A stretch of 64,000 bases of DNA. Source: Escherichia phage T4_ev151. A program made the position numbers and the translations under genes. Positions 38,542 through 48,266 of this stretch are shown in pieces. Positions within the stretch are counted from its first letter, which is position 1. Every line of letters starts with the position of its first letter. Where the stretch lies: the sequence record LR597660. One strand, given 5' to 3'. Under the pieces are notes generated by a model that worked only from the letters and a program-made list of their open reading frames with translations, was not told the origin of the DNA and did not search any database.

Positions 38542-40107
38542 ATGACTATCAAAACTAAAGCTGAACTTTTGAACAAATGGAAGCCATTACTGGAAGGTGA
38601 AGGTTTACCGGAAATTGCTAATAGCAAACAAGCGATTATCGCTAAAATCTTTGAAAACCAGGAAAAAGATTTCCAGACAGCTCCGGAATATAAAGACGAA
38701 AAAATTGCTCAGGCATTCGGTTCTTTCTTAACAGAAGCTGAAATCGGTGGTGACCACGGTTACAATGCTACCAACATCGCTGCAGGTCAGACTTCTGGAG
38801 CAGTAACTCAGATTGGCCCAGCTGTTATGGGTATGGTACGTCGTGCTATTCCTAACCTGATTGCTTTCGATATTTGTGGTGTTCAGCCAATGAACAGCCC
38901 GACTGGCCAGGTATTCGCACTGCGCGCAGTATATGGTAAAGACCCAATCGCTTCCGGTGCTAAAGAAGCATTCCACCCAATGTATGGTCCAGATGCAATG
39001 TTCTCTGGTCAGGGTGCTGCTAAGAAATTCGCTGCTTTGAAAGCAAGTGATACTCTTGAAGTCGGAACTATTTACACTCACTTCTTCCAGGAAACTGGTA
39101 CAGTATATCTGCAAGCTACAGAAGTTAAACAAATTGATTCAGGCGCATCTGACGCAGACAAATTAGATGCTGAAATTAAGAAACAAATGGAAGCTGGTGT
39201 ACTGGTAGAAATCGCTGAAGGTATGGCTACTTCTATCGCTGAACTTCAGGAAGGTTTTAACGGTTCTACCGATAACCCATGGAATGAAATGGGCTTCCGT
39301 ATCGATAAGCAAGTTATCGAAGCTAAATCTCGTCAGCTGAAAGCTGCTTACTCTATTGAATTAGCACAAGACCTTCGCGCTGTTCACGGTATGGATGCTG
39401 ATGCTGAACTGTCTGGTATTCTGGCTACCGAAATTATGCTGGAAATCAACCGCGAAGTTGTTGATTGGATTAACTACTCCGCTCAGGTTGGTAAATCTGG
39501 TATGACCCTGACTCCGGGTTCTAAAGCTGGTGTATTTGACTTCCAGGATCCAATTGATATTCGTGGTGCTCGCTGGGCGGGTGAATCCTTTAAAGCTCTG
39601 TTGTTCCAGATTGACAAAGAAGCAGTTGAAATTGCTCGTCAGACTGGTCGTGGTGAAGGTAACTTCATTATCGCTTCCCGTAACGTAGTTAACGTTCTGG
39701 CTTCAGTTGATACCGGCATTTCTTATGCTGCACAGGGTCTGGCTACCGGCTTTAACACTGATACTACCAAGTCAGTATTTGCTGGTGTTCTGGGTGGTAA
39801 ATACCGTGTATATATCGACCAGTATGCTAAACAGGATTATTTCACTGTAGGTTATAAAGGTCCGAACGAAATGGATGCTGGTATTTACTATGCTCCATAT
39901 GTAGCTCTGACTCCGCTGCGTGGTTCCGATCCGAAGAACTTCCAACCGGTAATGGGATTCAAAACTCGTTACGGTATCGGTATCAACCCATTTGCAGAAT
40001 CCGCTGCTCAGGCTCCGGCTTCTCGCATCCAGAGCGGTATGCCTTCTATTCTGAATAGCCTTGGTAAGAACGCTTACTTTAGACGTGTATATGTTAAAGG
40101 TATCTAA
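38542..40107 (+). CDS. 23: gp23 major capsid protein
   Basis: 521 aa; N-terminus MTIKTKAELLNKWKPLLEGEGLPEIANSKQAIIAKIFENQEKDF as T4 gp23 from memory. Confidence 0.97.
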   Translation: MTIKTKAELLNKWKPLLEGEGLPEIANSKQAIIAKIFENQEKDFQTAPEYKDEKIAQAFGSFLTEAEIGGDHGYNATNIAAGQTSGAVTQIGPAVMGMVRRAIPNLIAFDICGVQPMNSPTGQVFALRAVYGKDPIASGAKEAFHPMYGPDAMFSGQGAAKKFAALKASDTLEVGTIYTHFFQETGTVYLQATEVKQIDSGASDADKLDAEIKKQMEAGVLVEIAEGMATSIAELQEGFNGSTDNPWNEMGFRIDKQVIEAKSRQLKAAYSIELAQDLRAVHGMDADAELSGILATEIMLEINREVVDWINYSAQVGKSGMTLTPGSKAGVFDFQDPIDIRGARWAGESFKALLFQIDKEAVEIARQTGRGEGNFIIASRNVVNVLASVDTGISYAAQGLATGFNTDTTKSVFAGVLGGKYRVYIDQYAKQDYFTVGYKGPNEMDAGIYYAPYVALTPLRGSDPKNFQPVMGFKTRYGIGINPFAESAAQAPASRIQSGMPSILNSLGKNAYFRRVYVKGI

Positions 40108-40122
40108 TCTTTGACGATTTAA

Positions 40123-40140
40123 GGGACCTTCGGGTCCCTT
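40123..40140 (+). terminator. hairpin GGGACC-UUCG-GGUCCC followed by U-run after gene 23
   Basis: 6-bp GC stem with UUCG tetraloop then TTTAGTTGTTTTT, 15 nt after the gene 23 stop. Confidence 0.65.
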
Positions 40141-40155
40141 TAGTTGTTTTTATGG

Positions 40156-40163
40156 TATAAATA
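40156..40163 (+). promoter_or_regulatory. T4 late promoter TATAAATA for gene 24
   Basis: Exact TATAAATA 27 nt upstream of the gene 24 ATG. Confidence 0.55.
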
Positions 40164-40190
40164 AATCATATAAACCAAAAGGAAAGCGCA

Positions 40191-41474
40191 ATGGCTAAAA
40201 TCAACGAACTTCTGCGCGAATCAACCACAACGAATAGCAACTCAATCGGTCGCCCAAATCTCGTTGCTTTGACTCGCGCTACCACTAAATTAATATATTC
40301 TGACATTGTAGCAACGCAAAGAACTAATCAACCTGTTGCTGCTTTTTATGGTATCAAATACCTTAACCCAGACAATGAATTTACATTTAAAACTGGTGCT
40401 ACTTATGCTGGCGAAGCTGGATATGTAGACCGAGAACAAATCACAGAATTAACAGAAGAGTCTAAATTAACTCTCAATAAAGGCGATTTATTCAAATATA
40501 ATAATATCGTTTATAAAGTATTAGAAGATACACCATTTGCTGATATTGAAGAAAGCGATTTAGAATTGGCTCTTCAGATTGCAATTGTTCTTTTAAAGGT
40601 TCGTCTATTTTCTGACGCAGCGTCAACAAGCAAATTTGAAAGCTCTGATAGTGAAATTGCGGATGCTAGATTCCAGATTAATAAATGGCAAACCGCAGTT
40701 AAATCTCGCAAACTTAAAACTGGTATCACAGTTGAATTAGCACAAGATTTAGAAGCAAATGGATTCGATGCTCCTAATTTCTTGGAAGATTTGCTTGCAA
40801 CTGAAATGGCAGATGAAATCAATAAAGATATTCTGCAGTCTTTGATTACAGTGTCAAAACGCTATAAAGTTACAGGAATTACTGATACTGGATTCATCGA
40901 TTTGAGTTATGCATCTGCACCTGAAGCTGGTCGTTCATTATACCGAATGGTATGTGAAATGGTTTCGCATATCCAAAAAGAATCAACTTATACAGCAACG
41001 TTCTGTGTTGCTTCTGCTCGTGCCGCTGCGATTCTTGCTGCTTCAGGTTGGTTAAAACATAAACCAGAAGATGACAAATATCTTTCACAAAATGCCTATG
41101 GGTTTTTAGCTAATGGTTTACCACTTTATTGCGATACTAACAGCCCATTAGATTATGTAATCGTTGGCGTAGTAGAAAATATCGGTGAAAAAGAAATTGT
41201 TGGATCAATTTTCTATGCTCCGTATACAGAAGGTCTCGACTTAGATGACCCTGAACATGTAGGTGCATTTAAAGTTGTTGTTGATCCAGAAAGCTTGCAA
41301 CCGTCTATCGGTTTATTAGTTAGATATGCTTTATCTGCAAATCCTTACACCGTAGCAAAAGATGAAAAAGAAGCAAGAGTAATTGATGGTGGAGACATGG
41401 ATAAAATGGCGGGTCGTTCAGATTTGTCTGTTTTATTAGGTGTTAAGCTACCAAAAATTATCATTGATGAATAA
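40191..41474 (+). CDS. 24: gp24 capsid vertex protein
   Basis: 427 aa as T4 gp24; synteny; gp23 paralogue. Confidence 0.9.
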   Translation: MAKINELLRESTTTNSNSIGRPNLVALTRATTKLIYSDIVATQRTNQPVAAFYGIKYLNPDNEFTFKTGATYAGEAGYVDREQITELTEESKLTLNKGDLFKYNNIVYKVLEDTPFADIEESDLELALQIAIVLLKVRLFSDAASTSKFESSDSEIADARFQINKWQTAVKSRKLKTGITVELAQDLEANGFDAPNFLEDLLATEMADEINKDILQSLITVSKRYKVTGITDTGFIDLSYASAPEAGRSLYRMVCEMVSHIQKESTYTATFCVASARAAAILAASGWLKHKPEDDKYLSQNAYGFLANGLPLYCDTNSPLDYVIVGVVENIGEKEIVGSIFYAPYTEGLDLDDPEHVGAFKVVVDPESLQPSIGLLVRYALSANPYTVAKDEKEARVIDGGDMDKMAGRSDLSVLLGVKLPKIIIDE

Positions 41475-41480
41475 AACAAA

Positions 41481-41497
41481 GGGACCGAAAGGTCCCT
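41481..41497. terminator. bidirectional hairpin GGGACC-GAAA-GGUCCC between convergent genes 24 and rnlB, T-runs on both sides
   Basis: 6-bp GC stem flanked by A-run upstream and T-run downstream. Confidence 0.65.
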
Positions 41498-41503
41498 TTT
41501 TAT

Positions 41504-42508
41504 TTAACTTACCAATTCAATCCAAGCCGGACGAAGTACATCTTGTACCATTTTAACTAATTCCTTTTTAACTAAAGAAGGATTATCTGCTTGAGTTAGA
41601 GTAATACCTTCACGAGAAGTTTCTTCCAAAATATCTTGAACAGTTAGTCCCATCACCTTTCCAAAATCTTTTGGACCAATTTCGCCAATTTTAGAAATAA
41701 CGTTATTTACTCGGTTTAGTGTAACGTAACAAGCTAAAATCCCCACCAATTTGTTATCAGCTTCTGACAGTTCAACTTTAGCTTTAATAAGCTTATCAGA
41801 CTTTTTCTTTTCACTAAATTTAGAATTCTTGCATTTGATGGCTACACGATTTCCATTATGAAGCCAAGAAGGATAACAAGGTTTCAATACATATCCTTCA
41901 GCGGTAAATACTTCGCCTTTGGCTTCAGCTTTCCAAACGCATTTATTTGCATCAACTAATCCAGCATGGTCTACTGTAAAATTATAATCTTGGACGACAG
42001 AATCTAAATCATTTGGCAATTTAATAAGCTCTTCAAATTTACCGCGACCTAAAAGTGGAGCCATTTTAAATTTAAATGTATTGCAGAATGATTCCATCAT
42101 ATAATCGTCGACATAAGTCACATCACCACTTTCTGTAGTGACAATAATGTCAAATACATAAAAATCTTTATCACCATAATCAACATTCTTCTGAATGCCA
42201 GGTCCAGCGAATTCGCCAAAGACTTGATAAGATACAACCGCTGAGGTTTCCATAATATTTTGTACTGCTTTAATGGAATCAGCGTAATTCTTTAAAATAA
42301 TTTCATAACCGAAGAAATCTTCAGCAGGAAGAATCGGTCCAGTACGTTTAGCACAAGTTACTTTATCACGCTCAATAATCAATGAGAAATTTGTGCCGTG
42401 AATCTTTTCACGAGCTACCCATTCGCCGCCAGTCAATCCTAAGCTATAAAGTTTTTCAATAAATTTAGAGTTGTAATGATTTTCAAGACTGCTATACTTT
42501 TTAAACAT
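41504..42508 (-). CDS. rnlB: RNA ligase 2 (RnlB)
   Basis: 334 aa as T4 Rnl2; nucleotidyltransferase motif [10 protein letters not shown] containing the catalytic lysine; synteny. Confidence 0.85.
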   Translation of the reverse strand: MFKKYSSLENHYNSKFIEKLYSLGLTGGEWVAREKIHGTNFSLIIERDKVTCAKRTGPILPAEDFFGYEIILKNYADSIKAVQNIMETSAVVSYQVFGEFAGPGIQKNVDYGDKDFYVFDIIVTTESGDVTYVDDYMMESFCNTFKFKMAPLLGRGKFEELIKLPNDLDSVVQDYNFTVDHAGLVDANKCVWKAEAKGEVFTAEGYVLKPCYPSWLHNGNRVAIKCKNSKFSEKKKSDKLIKAKVELSEADNKLVGILACYVTLNRVNNVISKIGEIGPKDFGKVMGLTVQDILEETSREGITLTQADNPSLVKKELVKMVQDVLRPAWIELVS

Positions 42509-42517
42509 AATTAATCC

Positions 42518-42796
42518 TCAAAATGTAATTTCTAACCAATCACCATCACGCTGATCACTATTGACTTTAAAGCTGAATCCTTCTTTTCTCAGCCAATCAC
42601 CAATTTCTTCAGTAATCAATTTATCACGAGCAATACAATAATAATTAAAATGTGTTTTACCTTGTTCAGCTGCTTTATTAGCAAGTTCCGAAAAATCTTT
42701 AATAAAACACTCTAGTTTAAACTGTTTACTTTTTAATGCTTTTTCACGTAATTGATTAGCAAAAGATTCATTTTCATAAAAATCATACTGTTCCAT
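42518..42796 (-). CDS. 24.2-like hypothetical protein
   Basis: 92-aa ORF, synteny between rnlB and hoc. Confidence 0.5.
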   Translation of the reverse strand: MEQYDFYENESFANQLREKALKSKQFKLECFIKDFSELANKAAEQGKTHFNYYCIARDKLITEEIGDWLRKEGFSFKVNSDQRDGDWLEITF

Positions 42797-42998
42797 TTTT
42801 CACCTTTTTATTAATATGTCTTTTTCTATAGACAACTTTTTCTCGAGTTTCAAATTTATTCTTAGCAGTCATAGCTCGAGCCCATAATACAGCCACTTCT
42901 TTTGCCTGTAAGTTCAATTCACGAGCAATTTCAATGAATGACTTTCCAGACTCATGAAGAGTAAACACCACAACCTCAGTTCTCATAATCAATCTCAT
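42783..42998 (-). CDS. 24.3-like small protein with a putative helix-turn-helix
   Basis: 71-aa ORF; SGKSFIEIARELNLQAKEVAVLWARA resembles an HTH; overlaps the downstream ORF start. Confidence 0.45.
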   Translation of the reverse strand: MRLIMRTEVVVFTLHESGKSFIEIARELNLQAKEVAVLWARAMTAKNKFETREKVVYRKRHINKKVKNGTV

Positions 42999-43067
42999 GT
43001 TATCGAGTTGGTGCCATTATATACATCATTTTCTGAGTGTGTTTTGTGTGCTTTCAAAATGAAGAAA

Positions 43068-43081
43068 GGGGCCGAAGCCCC
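43068..43081 (-). terminator. GC stem-loop GGGGC-UUCG-GCCCC on the minus-strand transcript after hoc
   Basis: Same 14-nt element as at 447..460 and 63072..63085; 7 nt after the hoc stop. Confidence 0.5.
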
Positions 43082-43087
43082 TTATGA

Positions 43088-44794
43088 TTATGGATAGGTA
43101 TAGATGATACCAGTTTCTAAAGCAGTTTTATGAATGATGTATCCATTACGCGATTCTTGGACATCAACTTCTGGATAATCTTTCATCATCTTCTGGAGAG
43201 TGTAACGATGCAAGTAGTACTTACTATCTGGATCGTCAGTTTTCCAATCTTTACCTTCTTCGGTCATTTTTTGGATTTCATCCATAACCCACCAACCGCA
43301 CCAGATATAAGCCGAAGTACGATGTGGAAGAGGATGAACATAAGGCAATTCACCTTCTGGTTCTGGAGCAACTTTATCAGTTACCTGAACTTGACCTTCT
43401 GCTGTGATAGTTTTGCTATCATAATCAGTAGCAGTAACAGTTGCAGTAACTTCAATAGTTTGACTTCCAATAGATGATGTATCAACAGTGTATACATTAG
43501 TTGACCCTTCTACTGGAGAAGAATCTTTCTTCCATGAATATTCGATTTGTGCTTCTTCTGGAGCATCCGTAACATTAGCAGTAAATGTAGCCGAAGCATC
43601 TTGCTGAACGTTAATAGAAGGAGGAGTCAATGTAACCCGTGGATTCATTGTTTTCTTATTAACAGTCAATGATACTTCATTAGAAGTAACTTCCTTTTCA
43701 TTGTAATTTTCTGCAGTTACTTGCGCTACACACTTAACTGTTTTAGCTCCAACTGTGGTAGGAGTATAGTTAAATGTAGTAGTAGTTTCTCCATCGACCA
43801 GAGAACCGTCAACATACCACTGATACGTAGCAGACGCTCCTGGTGGCTGTGAAGCCAAGGCAGCAGTAAATTGAACTGGGGTTCCAATTACTGCTGCAGC
43901 AGGATTAGCAGGAGTTACGGCTAACGTAGTTGTCTGTGTTTTCTTATTAACTGTTAATGATACTTCATTAGAAGTAACTGTTTTTGCGTCATAATCTGTT
44001 GCTGTTACTTGGGCTACGCATTTAATTCTTTTAACCCCACTTGTAGTTGGAGTGTAATTGAACGTAGCATTAGTTTCTCCACCAACTTGTGAATCATCTA
44101 CATACCACTGATACGTAGCAGATGCTCCTAGCGGCTGCGAAGCTAAGGCAGCAGTAAATTGAACTGGGGTTCCAATTACTCCTGCTGGAGGACTATCAGG
44201 AGTTACTGCCAAAGTAGTTGTCTGCTCCTTTTTATTAACAGTCAGTGATACTTCATTAGAAGTAACGCTTAGTGCATCATAATCTGTCGCAGTTACTTGA
44301 GCTACACACTTGATTTTTTTAACTCCGCTTGTGTCAGGAGTGTAATTGAATGTAGCGTCAGTTGCTTCGTCTACAGGAGAACCGTCAACGTACCACTGAT
44401 ATGTGGCGTTTGCGCCAGATGGCTGCGAAGCTAAGGCAGCGGTAAATTCAATTGGAGTTCCAATCACTCCAGCATCAGGGCTACCAGGAGTTACAGCTAA
44501 AGTAGTTGTTTGTGTCTTATTTTGAACTGTGATAGTTGTACTAATTTCAGCTGTTTCAGCTTCACTGTCAGGAACTGGATTTGTTGCAACTACTTTAATA
44601 GTTTTCTGGCCTGCAGGCCCCTTTAATACATAACTAAAAGTTGCTGACGTTTCTTCCTGTGGAGCACCGTCTACAGTCCAAGCATATGTAATAGGTCCAT
44701 CTCCAGTTTGACCACTGGGTGTAGCAGTAAACTGCTGAGTCTGATCTATAACTCCAGTAGGTGTTTTAGGAGTTATATCAACTGTAAAAGTCAT
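43088..44794 (-). CDS. hoc: Hoc (highly immunogenic outer capsid protein), expanded form with tandem Ig-like domains
   Basis: 568 aa; N-terminus MTFTVDITPKTPTGVIDQTQQFTATPSGQTG and C-terminal capsid-binding region as in T4 Hoc (376 aa from memory); three consecutive ~96-aa near-identical modules in the middle. Confidence 0.9.
   Translation of the reverse strand: MTFTVDITPKTPTGVIDQTQQFTATPSGQTGDGPITYAWTVDGAPQEETSATFSYVLKGPAGQKTIKVVATNPVPDSEAETAEISTTITVQNKTQTTTLAVTPGSPDAGVIGTPIEFTAALASQPSGANATYQWYVDGSPVDEATDATFNYTPDTSGVKKIKCVAQVTATDYDALSVTSNEVSLTVNKKEQTTTLAVTPDSPPAGVIGTPVQFTAALASQPLGASATYQWYVDDSQVGGETNATFNYTPTTSGVKRIKCVAQVTATDYDAKTVTSNEVSLTVNKKTQTTTLAVTPANPAAAVIGTPVQFTAALASQPPGASATYQWYVDGSLVDGETTTTFNYTPTTVGAKTVKCVAQVTAENYNEKEVTSNEVSLTVNKKTMNPRVTLTPPSINVQQDASATFTANVTDAPEEAQIEYSWKKDSSPVEGSTNVYTVDTSSIGSQTIEVTATVTATDYDSKTITAEGQVQVTDKVAPEPEGELPYVHPLPHRTSAYIWCGWWVMDEIQKMTEEGKDWKTDDPDSKYYLHRYTLQKMMKDYPEVDVQESRNGYIIHKTALETGIIYTYP
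43652..44515 (-). repeat. three tandem ~288-bp near-identical repeats encoding Ig-like modules within hoc
   Basis: Protein repeats QTTTLAVTP...VTSNEVSLTVNKK occur three times; the DNA shows matching blocks such as GCTAAGGCAGCAGTAAATTGAACTGGGGTTCCAATTACT. Confidence 0.85.
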
Positions 44795-44803
44795 AAGTTA
44801 TCC

Positions 44804-45484
44804 TTATTTTAATGTTACGAAAGAAGAATTGCGTGTTTCACGAATTAAAACTGATCCGTCACGGTTAATGTAATAAATTAAGCTAAATAAAGTTTGGTGT
44901 GCTGACGCGTGTTCAAAACTAGTTGGGTGAGATTTCCAATCCGGAGTTTCAGCTATCCATTGATAAATCCACCAAGGAACGGTGCAGAATCCTGGATTTT
45001 TTCCAATCAACTGAAGATTCGGGCTAAAGTTTTCCGGAAGAGTAAATACAGACGGCTTTTCAGATTCAATAATCTCAGCTACAGCCTGTTCAAATTTTTC
45101 TTCAACAAAAGGAGTATCTTCAATCAAAACATCGGCATTTTCGGGAATTTTATCCGTTTCTACTACTTCAATTTTAATGTCAGATTTAACCGGAGAATCA
45201 ATCAGAAGTGCTGCTTCTGGATTGACTTCTTCATCGTCATATTTTAATCCCTCTGCAGCATCAGCAGCATCAATTAAGTCTTTAATAGATAACCCATCAG
45301 TCTCTGGCATAGGTTCACTAGCGAGCTTCTGGAGGGCTTCTTCAATATCAACAACGATATTATCAAAAGATTTATTCTTTTTGACCTTTATACCAAACTG
45401 TTCAGCATATTCAGCTAATTTAGCTTTAGCTTCTTTGTTATCATCAAGAGCCTTCAGCTCTGCAATATAATCTTTATCTATCAT
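44804..45484 (-). CDS. inh: Inh, inhibitor of prohead protease
   Basis: 226-aa ORF, synteny immediately downstream of hoc as in T4. Confidence 0.75.
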   Translation of the reverse strand: MIDKDYIAELKALDDNKEAKAKLAEYAEQFGIKVKKNKSFDNIVVDIEEALQKLASEPMPETDGLSIKDLIDAADAAEGLKYDDEEVNPEAALLIDSPVKSDIKIEVVETDKIPENADVLIEDTPFVEEKFEQAVAEIIESEKPSVFTLPENFSPNLQLIGKNPGFCTVPWWIYQWIAETPDWKSHPTSFEHASAHQTLFSLIYYINRDGSVLIRETRNSSFVTLK

Positions 45485-45498
45485 AATATTTCCTCAGT

Positions 45499-45506
45499 AT
45501 AAATAT
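45499..45506 (+). promoter_or_regulatory. T4 late promoter TATAAATA upstream of the GIY-YIG gene
   Basis: Exact TATAAATA 28 nt upstream of the ATG at 45534. Confidence 0.5.
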
Positions 45507-45533
45507 AGATATATTTATTACTCGGAAAATAGT

Positions 45534-46151
45534 ATGTACCACTTTGTATATGAAACAACAAATCTAATAAACGGTAAAAAGTATATAGGAAAACACTCTA
45601 CTGATGACTTGAATGATGGTTACCTTGGTTCCGGTAAGGCAATTCAGCAGGCTATAAAGAAATATGGTGAAAACAATTTCTCTAGAACAATATTAAAAGA
45701 GTTTAAAACTTCTGAAGAAGCGTACATGTATGAAGAAGAAATTATAACTCCTGAAATAATAAAAAGCAAAAATTATTATAATATGAAACCTGGTGGAATT
45801 GGTGGAATTGTTATGACTACAGAGGTTATAGCAAAGATGAAAGAATCTTCCGCTAAGAGATTTGAAAACTCACCGGGCACGGTATTAGGTACAACTTGTT
45901 ACACCAATGGAACTAAAAATATTTTTATTAAACCTGGAGAACTTGTTCCAGAAGGATTTGTAAAAGGAATGGTTCATCCTAATAGAAAGTCCAGAAAAGG
46001 ATGTAAAGTCAAACCGACTACCACAGGAACTTTTTGGGTCAATAACGGTGCAATAAATAAATTAATACAACCAGACGGTATTATTCCCGACGGATTTATT
46101 AAAGGTCGTCTCATGAAAAGAGATTCTAAAGGCAAATTTAGTAAGGCATAA
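45534..46151 (+). CDS. GIY-YIG homing endonuclease (Seg family; segD/segE-like position between inh and uvsW)
   Basis: MYHFVYETTNLINGKKYIGKHST...DGYLGSGKAI...KYGENNF; paralogue of the ORFs at 2733 and 13015. Confidence 0.85.
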   Translation: MYHFVYETTNLINGKKYIGKHSTDDLNDGYLGSGKAIQQAIKKYGENNFSRTILKEFKTSEEAYMYEEEIITPEIIKSKNYYNMKPGGIGGIVMTTEVIAKMKESSAKRFENSPGTVLGTTCYTNGTKNIFIKPGELVPEGFVKGMVHPNRKSRKGCKVKPTTTGTFWVNNGAINKLIQPDGIIPDGFIKGRLMKRDSKGKFSKA

Positions 46152-46153
46152 TT

Positions 46154-47662
46154 ATGGATATTAAAGTACATTTTCACGACTTCAGCCATGTACGCATCGA
46201 TTGTGAAGAGAGCACGTTCCACGAATTAAGAGATTTCTTTTCGTTTGAGGCCGATGGATATAGGTTTAATCCTCGCTTCAGATATGGCAACTGGGATGGA
46301 CGAATCCGTCTTTTAGATTATAATCGTCTTCTTCCATTTGGCTTGGTCGGGCAAATTAAAAAGTTCTGTGATAACTTTGGCTATAAAGCCTGGATTGACC
46401 CACAAATTAACGAAAAAGAAGAATTATCAAGAAAAGATTTTGATGAATGGCTTTCTAAATTAGAAATCTATTCAGGAAATAAAAGAATTGAACCACACTG
46501 GTATCAAAAAGATGCAGTGTTCGAAGGATTAGTTAATCGTCGTAGAATTCTTAATCTTCCAACATCTGCAGGTAAATCGTTAATTCAAGCTCTGCTTGCT
46601 CGGTATTATTTGGAAAATTATGAAGGTAAAATTCTTATCATTGTTCCAACAACTGCTCTAACAACTCAGATGGCTGATGACTTCGTTGACTATCGTTTAT
46701 TCAGTCATGCAATGATAAAGAAAATTGGTGGCGGAGCATCAAAAGATGATAAATATAAAAATGATGCACCAGTCGTTGTTGGTACATGGCAAACTGTAGT
46801 AAAACAACCGAAAGAATGGTTCTCACAGTTTGGAATGATGATGAATGATGAATGCCATCTTGCTACAGGAAAAAGTATTTCATCTATCATATCAGGTTTA
46901 AATAACTGCATGTTCAAATTTGGTCTATCTGGTTCATTACGTGATGGCAAAGCCAATATCATGCAGTATGTTGGAATGTTTGGTGAAATATTTAAGCCAG
47001 TAACGACTTCTAAGTTAATGGAAGATGGACAAGTAACTGAGCTAAAAATTAATAGTATTTTTCTTCGCTATCCCGATGAGTTCACTACTAAATTAAAGGG
47101 AAAAACTTATCAAGAAGAAATAAAAATTATTACTGGGCTCAGTAAAAGAAATAAATGGATCGCTAAATTAGCTATTAAGCTTGCGCAAAAAGATGAAAAC
47201 GCTTTTGTCATGTTTAAACATGTATCGCACGGTAAAGCTATTTTCGATTTAATTAAAAATGAATACGATAAAGTTTATTACGTATCAGGGGAAGTTGATA
47301 CCGAAACCCGCAATATAATGAAAACTTTAGCTGAAAATGGTAAAGGAATAATTATAGTAGCTAGTTATGGTGTATTTTCTACTGGTATTTCAGTTAAAAA
47401 TCTACATCACGTTGTTTTAGCGCACGGTGTTAAATCAAAAATCATTGTATTACAAACAATCGGTCGTGTATTACGTAAGCATGGTTCTAAGACAATAGCA
47501 ACAGTCTGGGACCTCATAGATGATTGTGGTGTTAAGCCAAAATCTGCTAATACGAAAAAGAAATATGTTCATTTGAACTATCTTTTAAAACACGGCATTG
47601 ATCGTATTCAGCGCTACGCAGATGAAAAATTTAATTACGTAATGAAAACAGTTAATTTATAA
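46154..47662 (+). CDS. uvsW: UvsW helicase (SF2 DNA/RNA helicase)
   Basis: 502 aa; Walker A TSAGKS; DEAH-like DECH box; synteny. Confidence 0.9.
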   Translation: MDIKVHFHDFSHVRIDCEESTFHELRDFFSFEADGYRFNPRFRYGNWDGRIRLLDYNRLLPFGLVGQIKKFCDNFGYKAWIDPQINEKEELSRKDFDEWLSKLEIYSGNKRIEPHWYQKDAVFEGLVNRRRILNLPTSAGKSLIQALLARYYLENYEGKILIIVPTTALTTQMADDFVDYRLFSHAMIKKIGGGASKDDKYKNDAPVVVGTWQTVVKQPKEWFSQFGMMMNDECHLATGKSISSIISGLNNCMFKFGLSGSLRDGKANIMQYVGMFGEIFKPVTTSKLMEDGQVTELKINSIFLRYPDEFTTKLKGKTYQEEIKIITGLSKRNKWIAKLAIKLAQKDENAFVMFKHVSHGKAIFDLIKNEYDKVYYVSGEVDTETRNIMKTLAENGKGIIIVASYGVFSTGISVKNLHHVVLAHGVKSKIIVLQTIGRVLRKHGSKTIATVWDLIDDCGVKPKSANTKKKYVHLNYLLKHGIDRIQRYADEKFNYVMKTVNL

Positions 47663-47674
47663 GGGCTTCGGCCC
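47663..47674 (+). terminator. hairpin GGGC-UUCG-GCCC between uvsW and uvsW.1
   Basis: 4-bp GC stem with UUCG tetraloop immediately after the uvsW stop; no U-run. Confidence 0.4.
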
Positions 47675-47687
47675 TTTGGAGAAAAAG

Positions 47688-47921
47688 ATGTTACTAGAAT
47701 TTAAACAATTTCTTTATGAAGCTTCTATTGATGAATTTATGGGTAAAATTGCCTCTTGTCAAACATTAGAAGGTTTAGAAGAACTTGAAGCTTATTATAA
47801 GAAAAGAGTTAAAGAAACTGAATTAAAAGATACTGATGACATCTCTGTGAGAGATGCTTTGGCAGGAAAAAGAGCTGAATTAGAAGATTCAGACGATGAT
47901 GAAGTAGAAGAAAGTTTTTAA
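47688..47921 (+). CDS. uvsW.1: UvsW.1 small acidic protein
   Basis: ATG at 47688 preceded by GGAGAAAAAG; 77 aa; the track ORF starts at a TTG 12 nt upstream. Confidence 0.6.
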   Translation: MLLEFKQFLYEASIDEFMGKIASCQTLEGLEELEAYYKKRVKETELKDTDDISVRDALAGKRAELEDSDDDEVEESF

Positions 47922-47976
47922 ATAAAAAAGGCCCAACCAAAAAGGAAGGGCCAAAACTATAGACTAAAGGTCACAC

Positions 47977-48144
47977 TATAGCAAAAGTTGTGTTTCATTT
48001 AATTGTTCTTCCGAACTTTCTGAAACTGGTAGTTCTTTAATGTAATTATAGCAAGGCCCAGGATGTACAGGACCTTTGTCTGTTTCAACAACCAATGCAG
48101 AATCGATTGGAGTTTTACAGACAACACAAATCTTATCTGACATG
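47977..48144 (-). CDS. small Cys-containing protein (55 aa, MSDKICVVCKTPIDS...), not in the supplied ORF track
   Basis: Manually translated minus-strand ORF with CxxC near the N-terminus, preceded by a TATAAATA late promoter; lies in the uvsW.1 to uvsY interval. Confidence 0.4.
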
Positions 48145-48168
48145 ATTGTCTCCTCTGAATTATATATC

Positions 48169-48176
48169 TATTTATA
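48169..48176 (-). promoter_or_regulatory. T4 late promoter TATAAATA (minus strand) upstream of the small ORF
   Basis: Exact TATAAATA on the minus strand about 25 nt upstream of the ATG at 48144. Confidence 0.45.
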
Positions 48177-48266
48177 ACCCCATCTTAAAACGCATTTCTT
48201 GTACACGCTTTAAACATGCTTCCATTTCTGCTAAAAGTCTAAATACTTCTTTATAATTTGTCATAT

